DNA from: an uncultured Bacteroidia bacterium
GTDB taxonomy: Bacteria; CAIWAD01; BS150m-G50
Direction: 5' to 3'
DNA: 64,000 bases
Assembly: GCA_964501185.1 (NCBI GenBank)
Contig: CAZCRT010000003.1
Span: 24,752 to 88,751, forward strand
A model generated the notes under the pieces. That model saw nothing but the letters and a program-made list of their open reading frames with translations. It had not been told where the DNA came from and searched no databases. Below, in pieces: positions 1 to 9,122 of the stretch. Both the position numbers and the translations under genes were made by a program. Positions within the stretch are counted from its first letter, which is position 1. Each line of letters starts with the position of its first letter.

Positions 1-339
1 CGCTGTTTTCGCGGTTTAGAAATATTAGATGTCCAATATGGATGGACAGTGGTGATGAGTGACACGAAATGGTGTCAAATTCATCTTGAGGGGGATAATG
101 ATATAGGATTGGAATGGCGGGCGCAAGAGAAAAGGAGGGGGGGCAACTCGAAATAGTTGCGATTCAAACAACCCTCATATATATAATGATGCTTCATTTC
201 GATGCCCTCTCGAAGCCTCGGCTTCACTTCAGACTGGCATCGTTTTTGCTTATTAATAATGAGAACGAATTTGCTGAAGCGATACCTGCGGTATCGATGC
301 AGTGGAAAAGTGATGATTTTGCCGGACTGATCCGGGCCT

Positions 340-421
340 GCGAGAGTGGCGGAATTGGCAGACGCGCCAGATTTAGGATCTGGTGTCTTCGGACATGGGG
401 GTTCAAATCCCCCCTTTCGCA
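340..421 (+). tRNA. tRNA-Leu, anticodon UAG (class II, long variable arm)
   Basis: Cloverleaf read directly. Acceptor stem GCGAGAG/CTTTCGC (one G-U pair). D-arm GCGGAATTGGCAGACGC. Anticodon stem CCAGA/TCTGG with loop TTTAGGA, giving anticodon TAG. Long variable arm TGTCTTCGGACAT. T-arm GGGGGTTCAAATCCCCC. Discriminator A, no encoded CCA. Near-identical architecture to E. coli tRNA-Leu. Confidence 0.9.
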
Positions 422-422
422 T

Positions 423-556
423 TATTGGTGATGCCCGGAAAAAGGCTATCACCTGATATTCTATCTGTATCACTGGTGACGCTCAGAAAGAATGGCTTAT
501 GCTTTCTATTCCTCAGGCATCATTGGTGACGCTCAGAAGGAATAGCTTATACTTGA
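423..556. repeat. three degenerate direct repeats (~47-50 bp period) immediately 3' of tRNA-Leu
   Basis: Copies at ~423-445 (tattggtgatgcccggaaaaaggct), 470-504 (tcactggtgacgctcagaaagaatggcttatgctt) and 520-554 (tcattggtgacgctcagaaggaatagcttatactt). Copies B and C are ~31/35 identical. Confidence 0.5.
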
Positions 557-718
557 AACAGTACAAGCATCATCTTGGCACGAGGCTTTATAATCGCTGT
601 TTTGAACCTGAAGGTCCAGTGCACAAGCCTCGCTTCAGGGTATTTCTGGACCATTTTAATTTGAGATGGATGTTCATCTGGAAATACTTCACATACGCAC
701 TAACAACAGGAGAGAACT

Positions 719-2023
719 TTGGAAGTAAAAATCGATCGCAAAGAGAATTCCCGGATCGAGATAGAGGTCACCATTCCGGCGGCCGACATCAAGAAAAAGG
801 TTGACGATAAACTGCAGGAATACCGCAAGAAAGTTGACATCAAGGGCTTCCGCAAGGGTAAAGCCCCGCTGGCTCAGGTGCGTAACGTCGTAGGCAAGGC
901 TGTTGAACAGGAAGTACTGGATACGCTGGTCAGTGAAAGCTATGTCAGTGCCATCACCGAGAACAACCTGACACCGATCGACCAGGGCGAAATCCAGAAA
1001 CTGGAGTTCGAACCGGGTCAGGATCTGGTGTTCGTTGCACTGATTCCGGTGGAACCGGAAATTGAGATCAGCCAGTATAAAGGTATAGAGGTCGAGGAAC
1101 CGGAAGCTGAGCTGGACGAATCCCGCATTGATGAAACACTTGAACGGATCAGGCGCGATTTCAGCAGTTGGACTCCCGTTGAAGAGGCGGCAGTTGAAGG
1201 TAATCAGCTGGTGGTCGACCTGCAGGAAAACGATTCTCTGGGGCTGCCGATAAAGGACTCCCGCTACACAAATCTTCAGATAGTCCTGGGTGAGAAAACC
1301 TACGGTGAAGATTTCGACAATCAGATGATCGGTGTCAAAGCGGAAGAGAACCGCAATGTCACAATATCTGATCCCAACGAACAGAACGAAGAGGGTAGTC
1401 CCAAAACCGAGTATTTCACAGTGGAAGTGAAAGAGGTCAAACAGCTTGACCTGCTCCCGCTTGATGACGAGCTGGCAAAAGAGGTGCCACCGGGTTACGA
1501 AACACTGGACGAACTTAAAGAGAAAATCCGTCACGATCTGGGTGACATGCTGGAGCAGGACAGGGCCCGGCAGCTCAACGACCGCCTGATCGAAAAGGTT
1601 ACTGAGCTGAACGCGGTGGAAGTACCACAGCAGATGATCGACCTGCAGCTGGAAAATCTGGTCGAACGAACCCGTCAAGGTTCCGAAAACCCTGTCGATG
1701 AGAATGTTATCAAGGAGCAATATGCCGACCAGATGAAGAGCAGTGCTCACTGGTACCTGCTCAAGAAGGCAATCATACGCGCCGAAGAGCTTTCTGTATC
1801 GGATGAAGATCTGGAAATGGAGTTGGGACGCCTGGCGGAGCAACGGGGCACAACCACGGAAGTCCTGCGACCACAACTGATGTCCGATGAGAACAGGGAT
1901 GAGTTCCGGGGACAGGCGCTCGATAATAAGGTTATGACATTACTGCGCGAGAATGCCGTTATGGTCAAACCGGGTAAAGGTAAGAAAAAGACTGCCGGTA
2001 AAAGCGGCACAAAGGAGGACTAA
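719..2023 (+). CDS. tig: trigger factor (ribosome-associated chaperone, PPIase)
   Basis: 434-aa ORF with trigger-factor architecture. Immediately precedes clpP-clpX, the conserved tig-clpP-clpX arrangement. TTG start at 719 preceded by AGGAGA at -8. Confidence 0.9.
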   Translation: MEVKIDRKENSRIEIEVTIPAADIKKKVDDKLQEYRKKVDIKGFRKGKAPLAQVRNVVGKAVEQEVLDTLVSESYVSAITENNLTPIDQGEIQKLEFEPGQDLVFVALIPVEPEIEISQYKGIEVEEPEAELDESRIDETLERIRRDFSSWTPVEEAAVEGNQLVVDLQENDSLGLPIKDSRYTNLQIVLGEKTYGEDFDNQMIGVKAEENRNVTISDPNEQNEEGSPKTEYFTVEVKEVKQLDLLPLDDELAKEVPPGYETLDELKEKIRHDLGDMLEQDRARQLNDRLIEKVTELNAVEVPQQMIDLQLENLVERTRQGSENPVDENVIKEQYADQMKSSAHWYLLKKAIIRAEELSVSDEDLEMELGRLAEQRGTTTEVLRPQLMSDENRDEFRGQALDNKVMTLLRENAVMVKPGKGKKKTAGKSGTKED

Positions 2024-2620
2024 ATGGGACTGATTCCGGTAGTAGTCGAACAGACGGGGCGCGGTGAGCGCGCATACGATATCTATTCCCGCCTGCTGAA
2101 GGAGAGAATCATCTTCCTCGGTACCGGCATCAATGATCAGATCGCCAATGTAATCATTGCGCAGCTACTCTTTCTGGAAGCTGAAGATCCTGACAAGGAT
2201 ATCTTCCTCTATATCAACAGCCCGGGTGGCGCCGTCACTGCCGGTCTGGCAATTTATGACACCATGCAGTACATCAAGCCGGATGTGGCAACTATCTGCA
2301 CCGGCCTGGCTGCCAGTTTTGGTGCGCTGCTGCTGACTGCAGGCGCCAAGGGTAAACGCAGTACCCTGCCCAACTCCCGTATTCTGATCCATCAGCCGAT
2401 GGGTGGCGTCCAGGGGCAGGCTTCTGATATCGAGATTCACGCCAACGAGATAATCCTTCTGAAAACACGACTGGCGGAGATACTGGCCTATCACACGGGA
2501 CAGCCGCTGAAACAGATTCAGAAAGATACTGATCGCGATTACTTCATGTCGGCCGAGGAAGCTCAGAAGTACGGTTTGATTGACGAAGTAATTGTATCAC
2601 ATGAGATCGAGAAGAAGTAA
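2024..2620 (+). CDS. clpP: ATP-dependent Clp protease proteolytic subunit
   Basis: 198 aa; ...[59 protein letters not shown]... (ClpP catalytic core). ATG directly abuts the tig stop (TAAATG). RBS AAGGAGGA. Confidence 0.95.
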   Translation: MGLIPVVVEQTGRGERAYDIYSRLLKERIIFLGTGINDQIANVIIAQLLFLEAEDPDKDIFLYINSPGGAVTAGLAIYDTMQYIKPDVATICTGLAASFGALLLTAGAKGKRSTLPNSRILIHQPMGGVQGQASDIEIHANEIILLKTRLAEILAYHTGQPLKQIQKDTDRDYFMSAEEAQKYGLIDEVIVSHEIEKK

Positions 2621-2678
2621 ACTCCTGCCGAGGAGTTAAACATCTCTCTCTTCGGAGAGACAGCCTGCGAGGGAATTT

Positions 2679-3977
2679 ATGACAGCCCGGAGCAAAGACA
2701 ACATGGGTGTGAAAACGCCGCGCTGCTCCTTTTGTGGACGCACATCCGACCAGGTCCAGATCATGATCACCGGTCCTGAAGTCAACATCTGTGACGAGTG
2801 TGTTGAAGCTTCAGGACGGATTATCCAGCGCAACCTTTCGCAACGTAAGAGCTTTAACCTGGATCAATTCCCCAACCCGCGCGAGATAAAAGAGCGGCTG
2901 GATGAATATGTGATCGGTCAGGATGAAGCCAAACGGGCAATCTCTGTAGCAGTTTACAACCACTACAAACGGATAACCCAGGAAAGCGCCGGCACCGATG
3001 TTGAGATAGAGAAGAGTAACATCCTGCTGGTCGGGCCCACCGGTACCGGTAAAACATTGCTGGCTCAGACGCTGGCCCGTTTCCTGAAGGTGCCCTTTAC
3101 CATCGCTGATGCTACAGTTCTGACTGAAGCCGGTTATGTTGGTGAGGATGTGGAGAACATCCTGGTCCGCCTGCTGCGTGCCGCCAATTATGATGTACCG
3201 GCTGCCGAGATGGGGATTATCTATATAGACGAGATCGACAAGATTTCCCGTCGTGATTCCAACACCTCGATCACCCGTGATGTTTCAGGTGAGGGTGTGC
3301 AGCAGGCTATGTTGAAGCTGCTGGAGGGAACAGTCGCTGCGGTACCACCGGAAGGTGGCCGCAAGCATCCGGAACAGAAACTGATCAACATCAATACCCG
3401 CAACATCCTCTTCATCGTTGGTGGTGCTTTCGACGGCCTGGAAAAGATCATCGAACACCGAATGGCAAGTTCTGTTATGGGGTTTGGTGCCACTGTAGAA
3501 AAGAAAGAGAAGTCCCGTTTCGAACTGCTGCAGAATATCGAATACTATGATTTGATCCACTACGGCCTCATACCTGAGCTGATCGGCCGTCTGCCGGTGA
3601 TCACAGCACTGGATGAGTTGTCTGAGAAAGCACTGATGGATATTCTGCGGAACCCCCGCAACGCTCTTACCCGGCAGTTCATTGAGTTGCTCAAGCTGGA
3701 CAATATCGAGCTGCACTTCACCGACAATGCCCTGAAGGCGATCGTCAAGCAGGCGAAAATGCGTAAAACAGGTGCACGTGCCCTCCGCTCCATCATGGAG
3801 AAGACTCTGCGTGATACGATGTTTGAGCTGCCCGGTGACAAAACTGTGAAGCGGGTAACAATCGATCAGAAGGTGGTGGATGGCAAAGGTAAACCGCGTA
3901 TCGAGCGAAAGCAGAAACGCCAGAGCAAGACTCAGCCGTTGAAGCGTCAGACAGGTTCAAGTAAGAAAACCGGTTAG
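2679..3977 (+). CDS. clpX: ATP-dependent Clp protease ATP-binding subunit ClpX
   Basis: N-terminal C4 zinc ribbon (CSFCGR...CDECVE), Walker A LVGPTGTGKT, AAA+ motifs. Confidence 0.95.
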   Translation: MTARSKDNMGVKTPRCSFCGRTSDQVQIMITGPEVNICDECVEASGRIIQRNLSQRKSFNLDQFPNPREIKERLDEYVIGQDEAKRAISVAVYNHYKRITQESAGTDVEIEKSNILLVGPTGTGKTLLAQTLARFLKVPFTIADATVLTEAGYVGEDVENILVRLLRAANYDVPAAEMGIIYIDEIDKISRRDSNTSITRDVSGEGVQQAMLKLLEGTVAAVPPEGGRKHPEQKLININTRNILFIVGGAFDGLEKIIEHRMASSVMGFGATVEKKEKSRFELLQNIEYYDLIHYGLIPELIGRLPVITALDELSEKALMDILRNPRNALTRQFIELLKLDNIELHFTDNALKAIVKQAKMRKTGARALRSIMEKTLRDTMFELPGDKTVKRVTIDQKVVDGKGKPRIERKQKRQSKTQPLKRQTGSSKKTG

Positions 3978-3999
3978 TACAGCTTCTGCGATAAGCTTT

Positions 4000-4506
4000 T
4001 CAAGGTGTGTCTTTTTCTTCCAGTATGGCAAACCCCGCCCGTTTGAAGAGCCGCTCTGAAGGTTCGTTGCCGTCAGTAATTACAGCCCGTACTTCCCGGT
4101 AACCACTCCTCTGCAGGCTGGCCAGGGTTGACTGCAGGACTACGGCTGCCAGCCCCTTTCCTTTCCACTCACTTCCGGTCATAACGAAGGTGATGAAAGC
4201 GCACTTTTCCCCCTGCCAGAGGATTGACAGACAGGCGGCTGCGAGTTCAGCGGCGGAACAGAGCAACCAGCTGCAATCTTCAAGTGATTCCCCATACTTG
4301 CCATCCAGGCTTTCGGTCATCTCTTCGCGGCATTGTTCCAGTGTCTCATCCTCGTAGTCGATAGTCCCACGGTAGGAATCCAACATCAGCGTTCCGAGAT
4401 TATCCAGGTCGTTTTGCGTCGGGTGCCGCAGTTTAAAGCCATCATCCGGAATCGGAAACTGATGGTTGCCGGCAAACTTCAGGAAGTACTCATGGCGTTT
4501 TTTCAT
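4000..4506 (-). CDS. GNAT family N-acetyltransferase
   Basis: 168 aa; C-terminal acetyl-CoA-binding-like segment ...KGKGLAAVVLQSTLASLQRSGYREVRAVITDGNEPSERLFKRAGF. Confidence 0.7.
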   Translation of the reverse strand: MKKRHEYFLKFAGNHQFPIPDDGFKLRHPTQNDLDNLGTLMLDSYRGTIDYEDETLEQCREEMTESLDGKYGESLEDCSWLLCSAAELAAACLSILWQGEKCAFITFVMTGSEWKGKGLAAVVLQSTLASLQRSGYREVRAVITDGNEPSERLFKRAGFAILEEKDTP

Positions 4507-4517
4507 GGCTTCCTCAC

Positions 4518-4931
4518 TTATTGTTTACCATTCTGCCGGTCGAAATTTCTGACCATCATTCCAGTGGAGGCCTGCATACCGCAACGGGAGTAAAACGGCT
4601 GAAGCGGTGGATCGCAACAGAGGTCTATCGAATACAGGTCGCCCAGTCCGGTCAACAAGCGCTCCACCAGCTCCCGTCCGATGCCCTGACCCTGATATTC
4701 GGGAAGAACCTCCAGTAGCGGGATAAATGCGCTGAGTACCCCATCCGAAATCGCATTTATGAAACCGACAATCCGGTTGGTAGTGACATCTACAGCAAGT
4801 TGGATGTGATTGCTGTTCTTAAGAATCTGCAGGTGAGTCTCTGGTGAGGGGGGATCAGGCCAGCCGACGAAAAAGCCGTGTAATTGATCCGGGGTGATAG
4901 TTTCGATTGAGTTTGTGTAGCGAATATTCAT
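4518..4931 (-). CDS. GNAT family N-acetyltransferase
   Basis: Motif A ...EYQGQGIGRELVERLL... Start chosen at MNIRYTNS (ATG at 4931, GGAAG RBS upstream). The longer ORF extends to 5033 but lacks GNAT-like sequence. Confidence 0.65.
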   Translation of the reverse strand: MNIRYTNSIETITPDQLHGFFVGWPDPPSPETHLQILKNSNHIQLAVDVTTNRIVGFINAISDGVLSAFIPLLEVLPEYQGQGIGRELVERLLTGLGDLYSIDLCCDPPLQPFYSRCGMQASTGMMVRNFDRQNGKQ

Positions 4932-5179
4932 AATTTTTCCGCTTCCGGGGTCGGACCAAGTTATGTTCTTGATATTCTGATGTTTAACACTTGGATTCCT
5001 GTGAAATACAGGCGATGTCAGGCGGTTTTTCACTCTATTTGGGGTCGGACCTCAGTATGTTTATAAAAAACATTCCATTAGGGTCGTTTTTCACCCATTT
5101 ATTGCCCTTAGAGCAGGTTTTTCGGCCCAAAAACTGTCGCAAAGAAACCACGAGGTTCTTTCAAACAGGTAGTGTCGGT

Positions 5180-6199
5180 TCAACCCAGGAGCCCCTTCAC
5201 CCGCTGCAGCTCCAACTCTGTACCTTCAACCAGCTCGTCAATAATCTCCTGTACCGGCATCACCCGATCTACCAGACCAACCGACTGACCGGCCATCAGC
5301 GAGCCGAATTGAACATCACCATCCTGGACAGCATCCCGCAGCCGCCCCATCCAGAATTCTTCCACCCCCTGCTGCGCTTCCTGCCGGGTTATCGCGCCAC
5401 GATCCAGTTTTTCCATCAGCTGTAACTGTAGGCGACCGAAGTCATCAGTGCCATTATTGCGTAATGCCCGCACTGCAACCACAGGCAGGCGGCTGTCGAA
5501 CTGTGGTGTTGAAACCGCGTCCCGGGCGTTGGCTTTGGTGAAGGCTTCCTTGAACAATGGGTGAGCACAGCTTTCCTCAGCCATGGCAAAGCGGGTTCCC
5601 AGCTGCACACCGGCTGCGCCCATATTGAACAGGTGTGCGCACATCCTGCCGGTAGCGACACCACCACCGACAAAAACCGGTACTTCGGGATCTGTGAACA
5701 GTACCTGCTGCAGCAATACCGACAGCGTTACCAGACCCACATGACCGCCCGCCTCCATCCCTTCCAGGATTAATGCATCAGCACCATAGTCCTGCATCAA
5801 CCTGGCTACGGATCGTGTAGGTGCAAAGCAGATGACTTTTGCGCCTCCCTCTCTGGCTGCCTGTACTTCACGACGACGAGGCAATCCACCGGCCAGGATC
5901 ACGTGACTTACGCCCATTTCTCGCACCAGTGCCAGATGGTCCTGGTAAGCGGGTGCCAGTGTTATCACATTTACACCGAAAGGCTTATCGGTCAGACGAC
6001 GAGTTTCCAGTATCTCTTCCCGCAGGATCTCTGGTGGCGCGTTGCCACCTGCCAGGCTTGCGAAACCACCGGCATTACTGACCGCCGCTACCAGCTCCGG
6101 GTTACTGACCCAGGTCATGGCGCCACAGATATAGGGATACCTGACACCGAGGAAATCGGCACCACGTGTGACCAGTCGATCCAGAAGATCTGTCCTCAT
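5180..6199 (-). CDS. nitronate monooxygenase (NMO / 2-nitropropane dioxygenase, FabK-like) family FMN oxidoreductase
   Basis: 339 aa; YPYICGAMTWVSNPELVAAVSNAGGFASLAGG N-terminus and ...ILEGMEAGGHVG... typical of the NMO TIM-barrel family. Confidence 0.8.
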   Translation of the reverse strand: MRTDLLDRLVTRGADFLGVRYPYICGAMTWVSNPELVAAVSNAGGFASLAGGNAPPEILREEILETRRLTDKPFGVNVITLAPAYQDHLALVREMGVSHVILAGGLPRRREVQAAREGGAKVICFAPTRSVARLMQDYGADALILEGMEAGGHVGLVTLSVLLQQVLFTDPEVPVFVGGGVATGRMCAHLFNMGAAGVQLGTRFAMAEESCAHPLFKEAFTKANARDAVSTPQFDSRLPVVAVRALRNNGTDDFGRLQLQLMEKLDRGAITRQEAQQGVEEFWMGRLRDAVQDGDVQFGSLMAGQSVGLVDRVMPVQEIIDELVEGTELELQRVKGLLG

Positions 6200-6377
6200 G
6201 ATCTATCCTTCCAGGTTGATTCACTTTCAGACCACCCTCTGCTGGTGGTTGACAATGCGTTTGTGATACAACCAATATCCAGCACTTAACCTGATAACTC
6301 AAGCACAACATGAGATCCGCTGTCCTTGAGTTTTATGTGTGATTTCAGAAACAGTTTCAGCCTCGACCCTGTCCGCG

Positions 6378-7010
6378 TCAGGTTTTACGCATCAGTATCA
6401 CATCGTTGCCGTGAAATTCCAGTCCGGCCTGCCAGTGATCCGCCAGCCATTTGAAAGACTGTCGGGAGAAGAAACAGACATGAGTGGGATCGTTTTTGTA
6501 GTGCCAGCCGGCAAAAGTATCACGTCCGGTGGAGAGTTTCGTCATCATACCGAGATAACCCTCAGGCCGCAGCAATGACCAGAGCAGATTCAGTTCTGCA
6601 AACGGTACATGCAGGTGTTCTACTACCTCGGTGGCGGTGATGAAGTCGTATTGCCCCTTGAGTAGACCCCGGTTGTCAGCATAAAATGGATCGTATACCT
6701 CCACCTTATGTCCGGCCTCCTCGAGCATAACCGAGAGGGTCGGTCCCGGTCCGCAACCAAAGTCAAGTCCCTGGCTGCCATCTGTCAGCCGCCCCACCAG
6801 CGGTTGCAGCAACCTTCCCAGAAAGTGGCGATAAGCAGGGTCATCCGGATTGTTGCGGTGCAGATCATAGCGGGATTTTTCTTCAGCAGGGGTGAGGTGC
6901 TGTCCGGACGGTACGAATATCAAATGGCAGACAGGGCAGAGATAGTACTCTCGATCGTCCTGGAAGATCTGGTCTTCTGTATTTGTATCACAGAGAGGAC
7001 AACTTAACAT
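6378..7010 (-). CDS. class I SAM-dependent methyltransferase with N-terminal Cys4 zinc ribbon
   Basis: CPLCDT...CPVCHLIF zinc ribbon followed by GLDFGCGPGPTLSVMLEEAGHKVEVYD (motif I). Confidence 0.7.
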   Translation of the reverse strand: MLSCPLCDTNTEDQIFQDDREYYLCPVCHLIFVPSGQHLTPAEEKSRYDLHRNNPDDPAYRHFLGRLLQPLVGRLTDGSQGLDFGCGPGPTLSVMLEEAGHKVEVYDPFYADNRGLLKGQYDFITATEVVEHLHVPFAELNLLWSLLRPEGYLGMMTKLSTGRDTFAGWHYKNDPTHVCFFSRQSFKWLADHWQAGLEFHGNDVILMRKT

Positions 7011-7048
7011 CGGTTTCCTGGTTTCTCTAAAAGTAACGGGAGTAAGTT

Positions 7049-7711
7049 CTAGACTGCGAGAGGTATCACATAAAACAGTACAGCAAAGAAGTGGAGGATA
7101 CTGCCTGCCAGTACAAAGAGGTGCCAGATCGCATGTCCAAAGTGGAGTCTGCGCCAGGCGTAGAAACCGCTTCCGGCTGTGTAAGCCAGCCCTCCCGCGC
7201 CCAGCAGGATCAATCCACCCGGTGCAACATTGGCCAGCATCGGTTTGATGGCAATAATCACCGCCCAGCTCATCCCGAGATAGATGACGACTGAAAGCAA
7301 CCTGTGCTTACGCAGCAGGGTGGCCTGGAATACGACGCCAAGAATCGCCAGGCCCCAGATGACACCAAAGAGAGACCAGCCCCAGGGGCCACGCAGGCTG
7401 ACCAGCATGAATGGAGTATAGGTGCCGGCTATAAGGATGAAGATTGCCGAGTGATCCAGCAGACGGAAGATTTCTTTAGCGCGGGGGTGCTGCACGCCGT
7501 GATACAAAGTAGAAGCCATGTAGAGAAACACCAGCGTTCCACCGAAAACGCTACAGCTGGTAATGTGCCAGGGATCTCCCAGCAACACTGCAAACGCTGT
7601 GAGAATTGCCAGTCCGGCAATCGCCAGGGCAACACCAACACCATGTGTGACGCTGTTGGCAATTTCTTCACCGATAGTGTAGCTGCGTGGGGTATTTTTC
7701 GATGAGGGCAT
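7049..7711 (-). CDS. hemolysin III / PAQR family membrane protein
   Basis: About 7 TM helices; ...EEIANSVTHGVGVALAIAGLAIL... and a His-rich C-terminus. Start chosen at MPSSKN (ATG 7711) with AGGAAAATACT RBS. The longer ORF runs to 7768. Confidence 0.7.
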   Translation of the reverse strand: MPSSKNTPRSYTIGEEIANSVTHGVGVALAIAGLAILTAFAVLLGDPWHITSCSVFGGTLVFLYMASTLYHGVQHPRAKEIFRLLDHSAIFILIAGTYTPFMLVSLRGPWGWSLFGVIWGLAILGVVFQATLLRKHRLLSVVIYLGMSWAVIIAIKPMLANVAPGGLILLGAGGLAYTAGSGFYAWRRLHFGHAIWHLFVLAGSILHFFAVLFYVIPLAV

Positions 7712-7724
7712 AGTATTTTCCTGA

Positions 7725-8846
7725 TTAACCTGATTCAGACAGGGTGGAGTTCGGCCCGGCGGCAGCATACTCCTCCTGCAAACTTGTCATAAGTTCCTGT
7801 ACGGATACGATTTTGTTCACCCGCCAGGCGTTAGCGCCCATGAAAGCAAAACCATCATCGAGCCTGCCATGCTGTGCGTTATTCAACGCCAGGGCAATAC
7901 AATAAGGGGCTTTCCGAAAATCGCAAGTATGCAGGCATTTCCAGGGACACTTGAACGGCTTTTTAATCCCCGCTTCAACATCTTCCAGAAACTGGTTGCG
8001 CAACGCACGCCCGGGCATCCCAACCGGGCTGTCGATGATGGCAATATCTTCCTGCCGACAATCCAGAAAAGCCTGCTTGAACCTGTCGGAAGCATCGCAT
8101 TCATCGGTGGCTACAAAACGGGTAGCCATCTGCACACCCTGCGCTCCCATTTTCAAAGCCCTGTTTATATCGGCACCATCGTAGATCCCACCGGCAGCGA
8201 TAACCGGTATCTGCTTGTTAAAACGTTCCTCAAAGGGCTTGATTACAGGAATAATGTCCAGCACCAGGCGGTCGAGAGAAAACCCGGGGTCCTCGATCTG
8301 CTCTCGTTTGAATCCCAGATGACCGCCGGCTTTCGGTCCTTCCACAACAACTGCATCTGGAACAAGATCGAACTTGTTGGCCCAATGACGGAAGATCAGC
8401 CTGGTGGCGCGGGCGGAAGAGACGATTGGAATTACAGAAGTTTTGTATCGGCGAAATCTGTCAATTGTAACATCCGTGGGTTTGAGCAGTGGCAATCCAG
8501 CACCGAGAAACACCATATCTACCTCTTCCTGCATGGCGACCAGCAACAGATCATCATAATCTGACAACGCCAGCATGATATTGACACCGATGACACCATC
8601 GGTCATCTCCCGGGCACGCTGGATTTCTTTACGGAGCGCCCGTTTGTTTGCTTCGCGGAAATTGGTTTTATAATCCGGTTCCATCATACCTATACCGGCA
8701 GCACCAATAACACCGACACCCCCTGCATTGGCTACGGCAGCAGCCAGTCCCGCCAGCGAAATCATAACACTCATCCCACCCTGTATGATTGGCAGTTTGA
8801 TGTTATGGCTACCGATTTTAAGCCCAGGCATTTTTTTTAAATTCAT
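7725..8846 (-). CDS. nitronate monooxygenase family protein (second paralog, with Cys-rich C-terminal extension)
   Basis: 373 aa; IQGGMSVMISLAGLAAAVANAGGVGVIGAAG and ...VVEGPKAGGHLG..., plus a C-terminal ...KCPWKCLHTCDFRKAPYCIA... Cys cluster. Confidence 0.8.
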   Translation of the reverse strand: MNLKKMPGLKIGSHNIKLPIIQGGMSVMISLAGLAAAVANAGGVGVIGAAGIGMMEPDYKTNFREANKRALRKEIQRAREMTDGVIGVNIMLALSDYDDLLLVAMQEEVDMVFLGAGLPLLKPTDVTIDRFRRYKTSVIPIVSSARATRLIFRHWANKFDLVPDAVVVEGPKAGGHLGFKREQIEDPGFSLDRLVLDIIPVIKPFEERFNKQIPVIAAGGIYDGADINRALKMGAQGVQMATRFVATDECDASDRFKQAFLDCRQEDIAIIDSPVGMPGRALRNQFLEDVEAGIKKPFKCPWKCLHTCDFRKAPYCIALALNNAQHGRLDDGFAFMGANAWRVNKIVSVQELMTSLQEEYAAAGPNSTLSESG

Positions 8847-9122
8847 CCAGCTTTACCTTTACAGACTTTGTTCAAAGCTCCGGCAGAATCAGGATTCGTA
8901 CCGGTCAGCTGTCCGGTCAAAGACAGAACCGTACTTTCCGGATTACCATAGTATTGCATTCGGGGATAACAGCTTTCCTATAGGATTATTTTCATCGACG
9001 ATTCTAATCTTCGTCCCAAATCAGATTTGCAAATGCTCTATAGGCCATCCATTAAGGGTGGGGGTACCTGCGCAAACTACTCATGTCAGGTTAACAAACC
9101 TACATGAATAATTTCTCATAAA

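Noticed and set aside
81-473. ORFs 81-473 (-) and 114-431 (+) from the six-frame track
   Set aside because: Both overlap the well-folded tRNA-Leu at 340-421. They have no RBS and no recognisable protein features, so they are spurious.
423-556. Possible CRISPR array
   Set aside because: There are only three degenerate repeats of unequal length with ~15-25 bp gaps and no cas genes. No CRISPR-like array appears anywhere in the window.
560-600. Sigma54-like motif TTGGCACGaggcTTTA upstream of tig
   Set aside because: The -24 GG element fits, but the -12 element is TTTA instead of TTGC, so this is too weak to call.
499-804. 101-aa ORF overlapping the tig start
   Set aside because: It runs across the repeat region and the tig RBS and has no coding signal.
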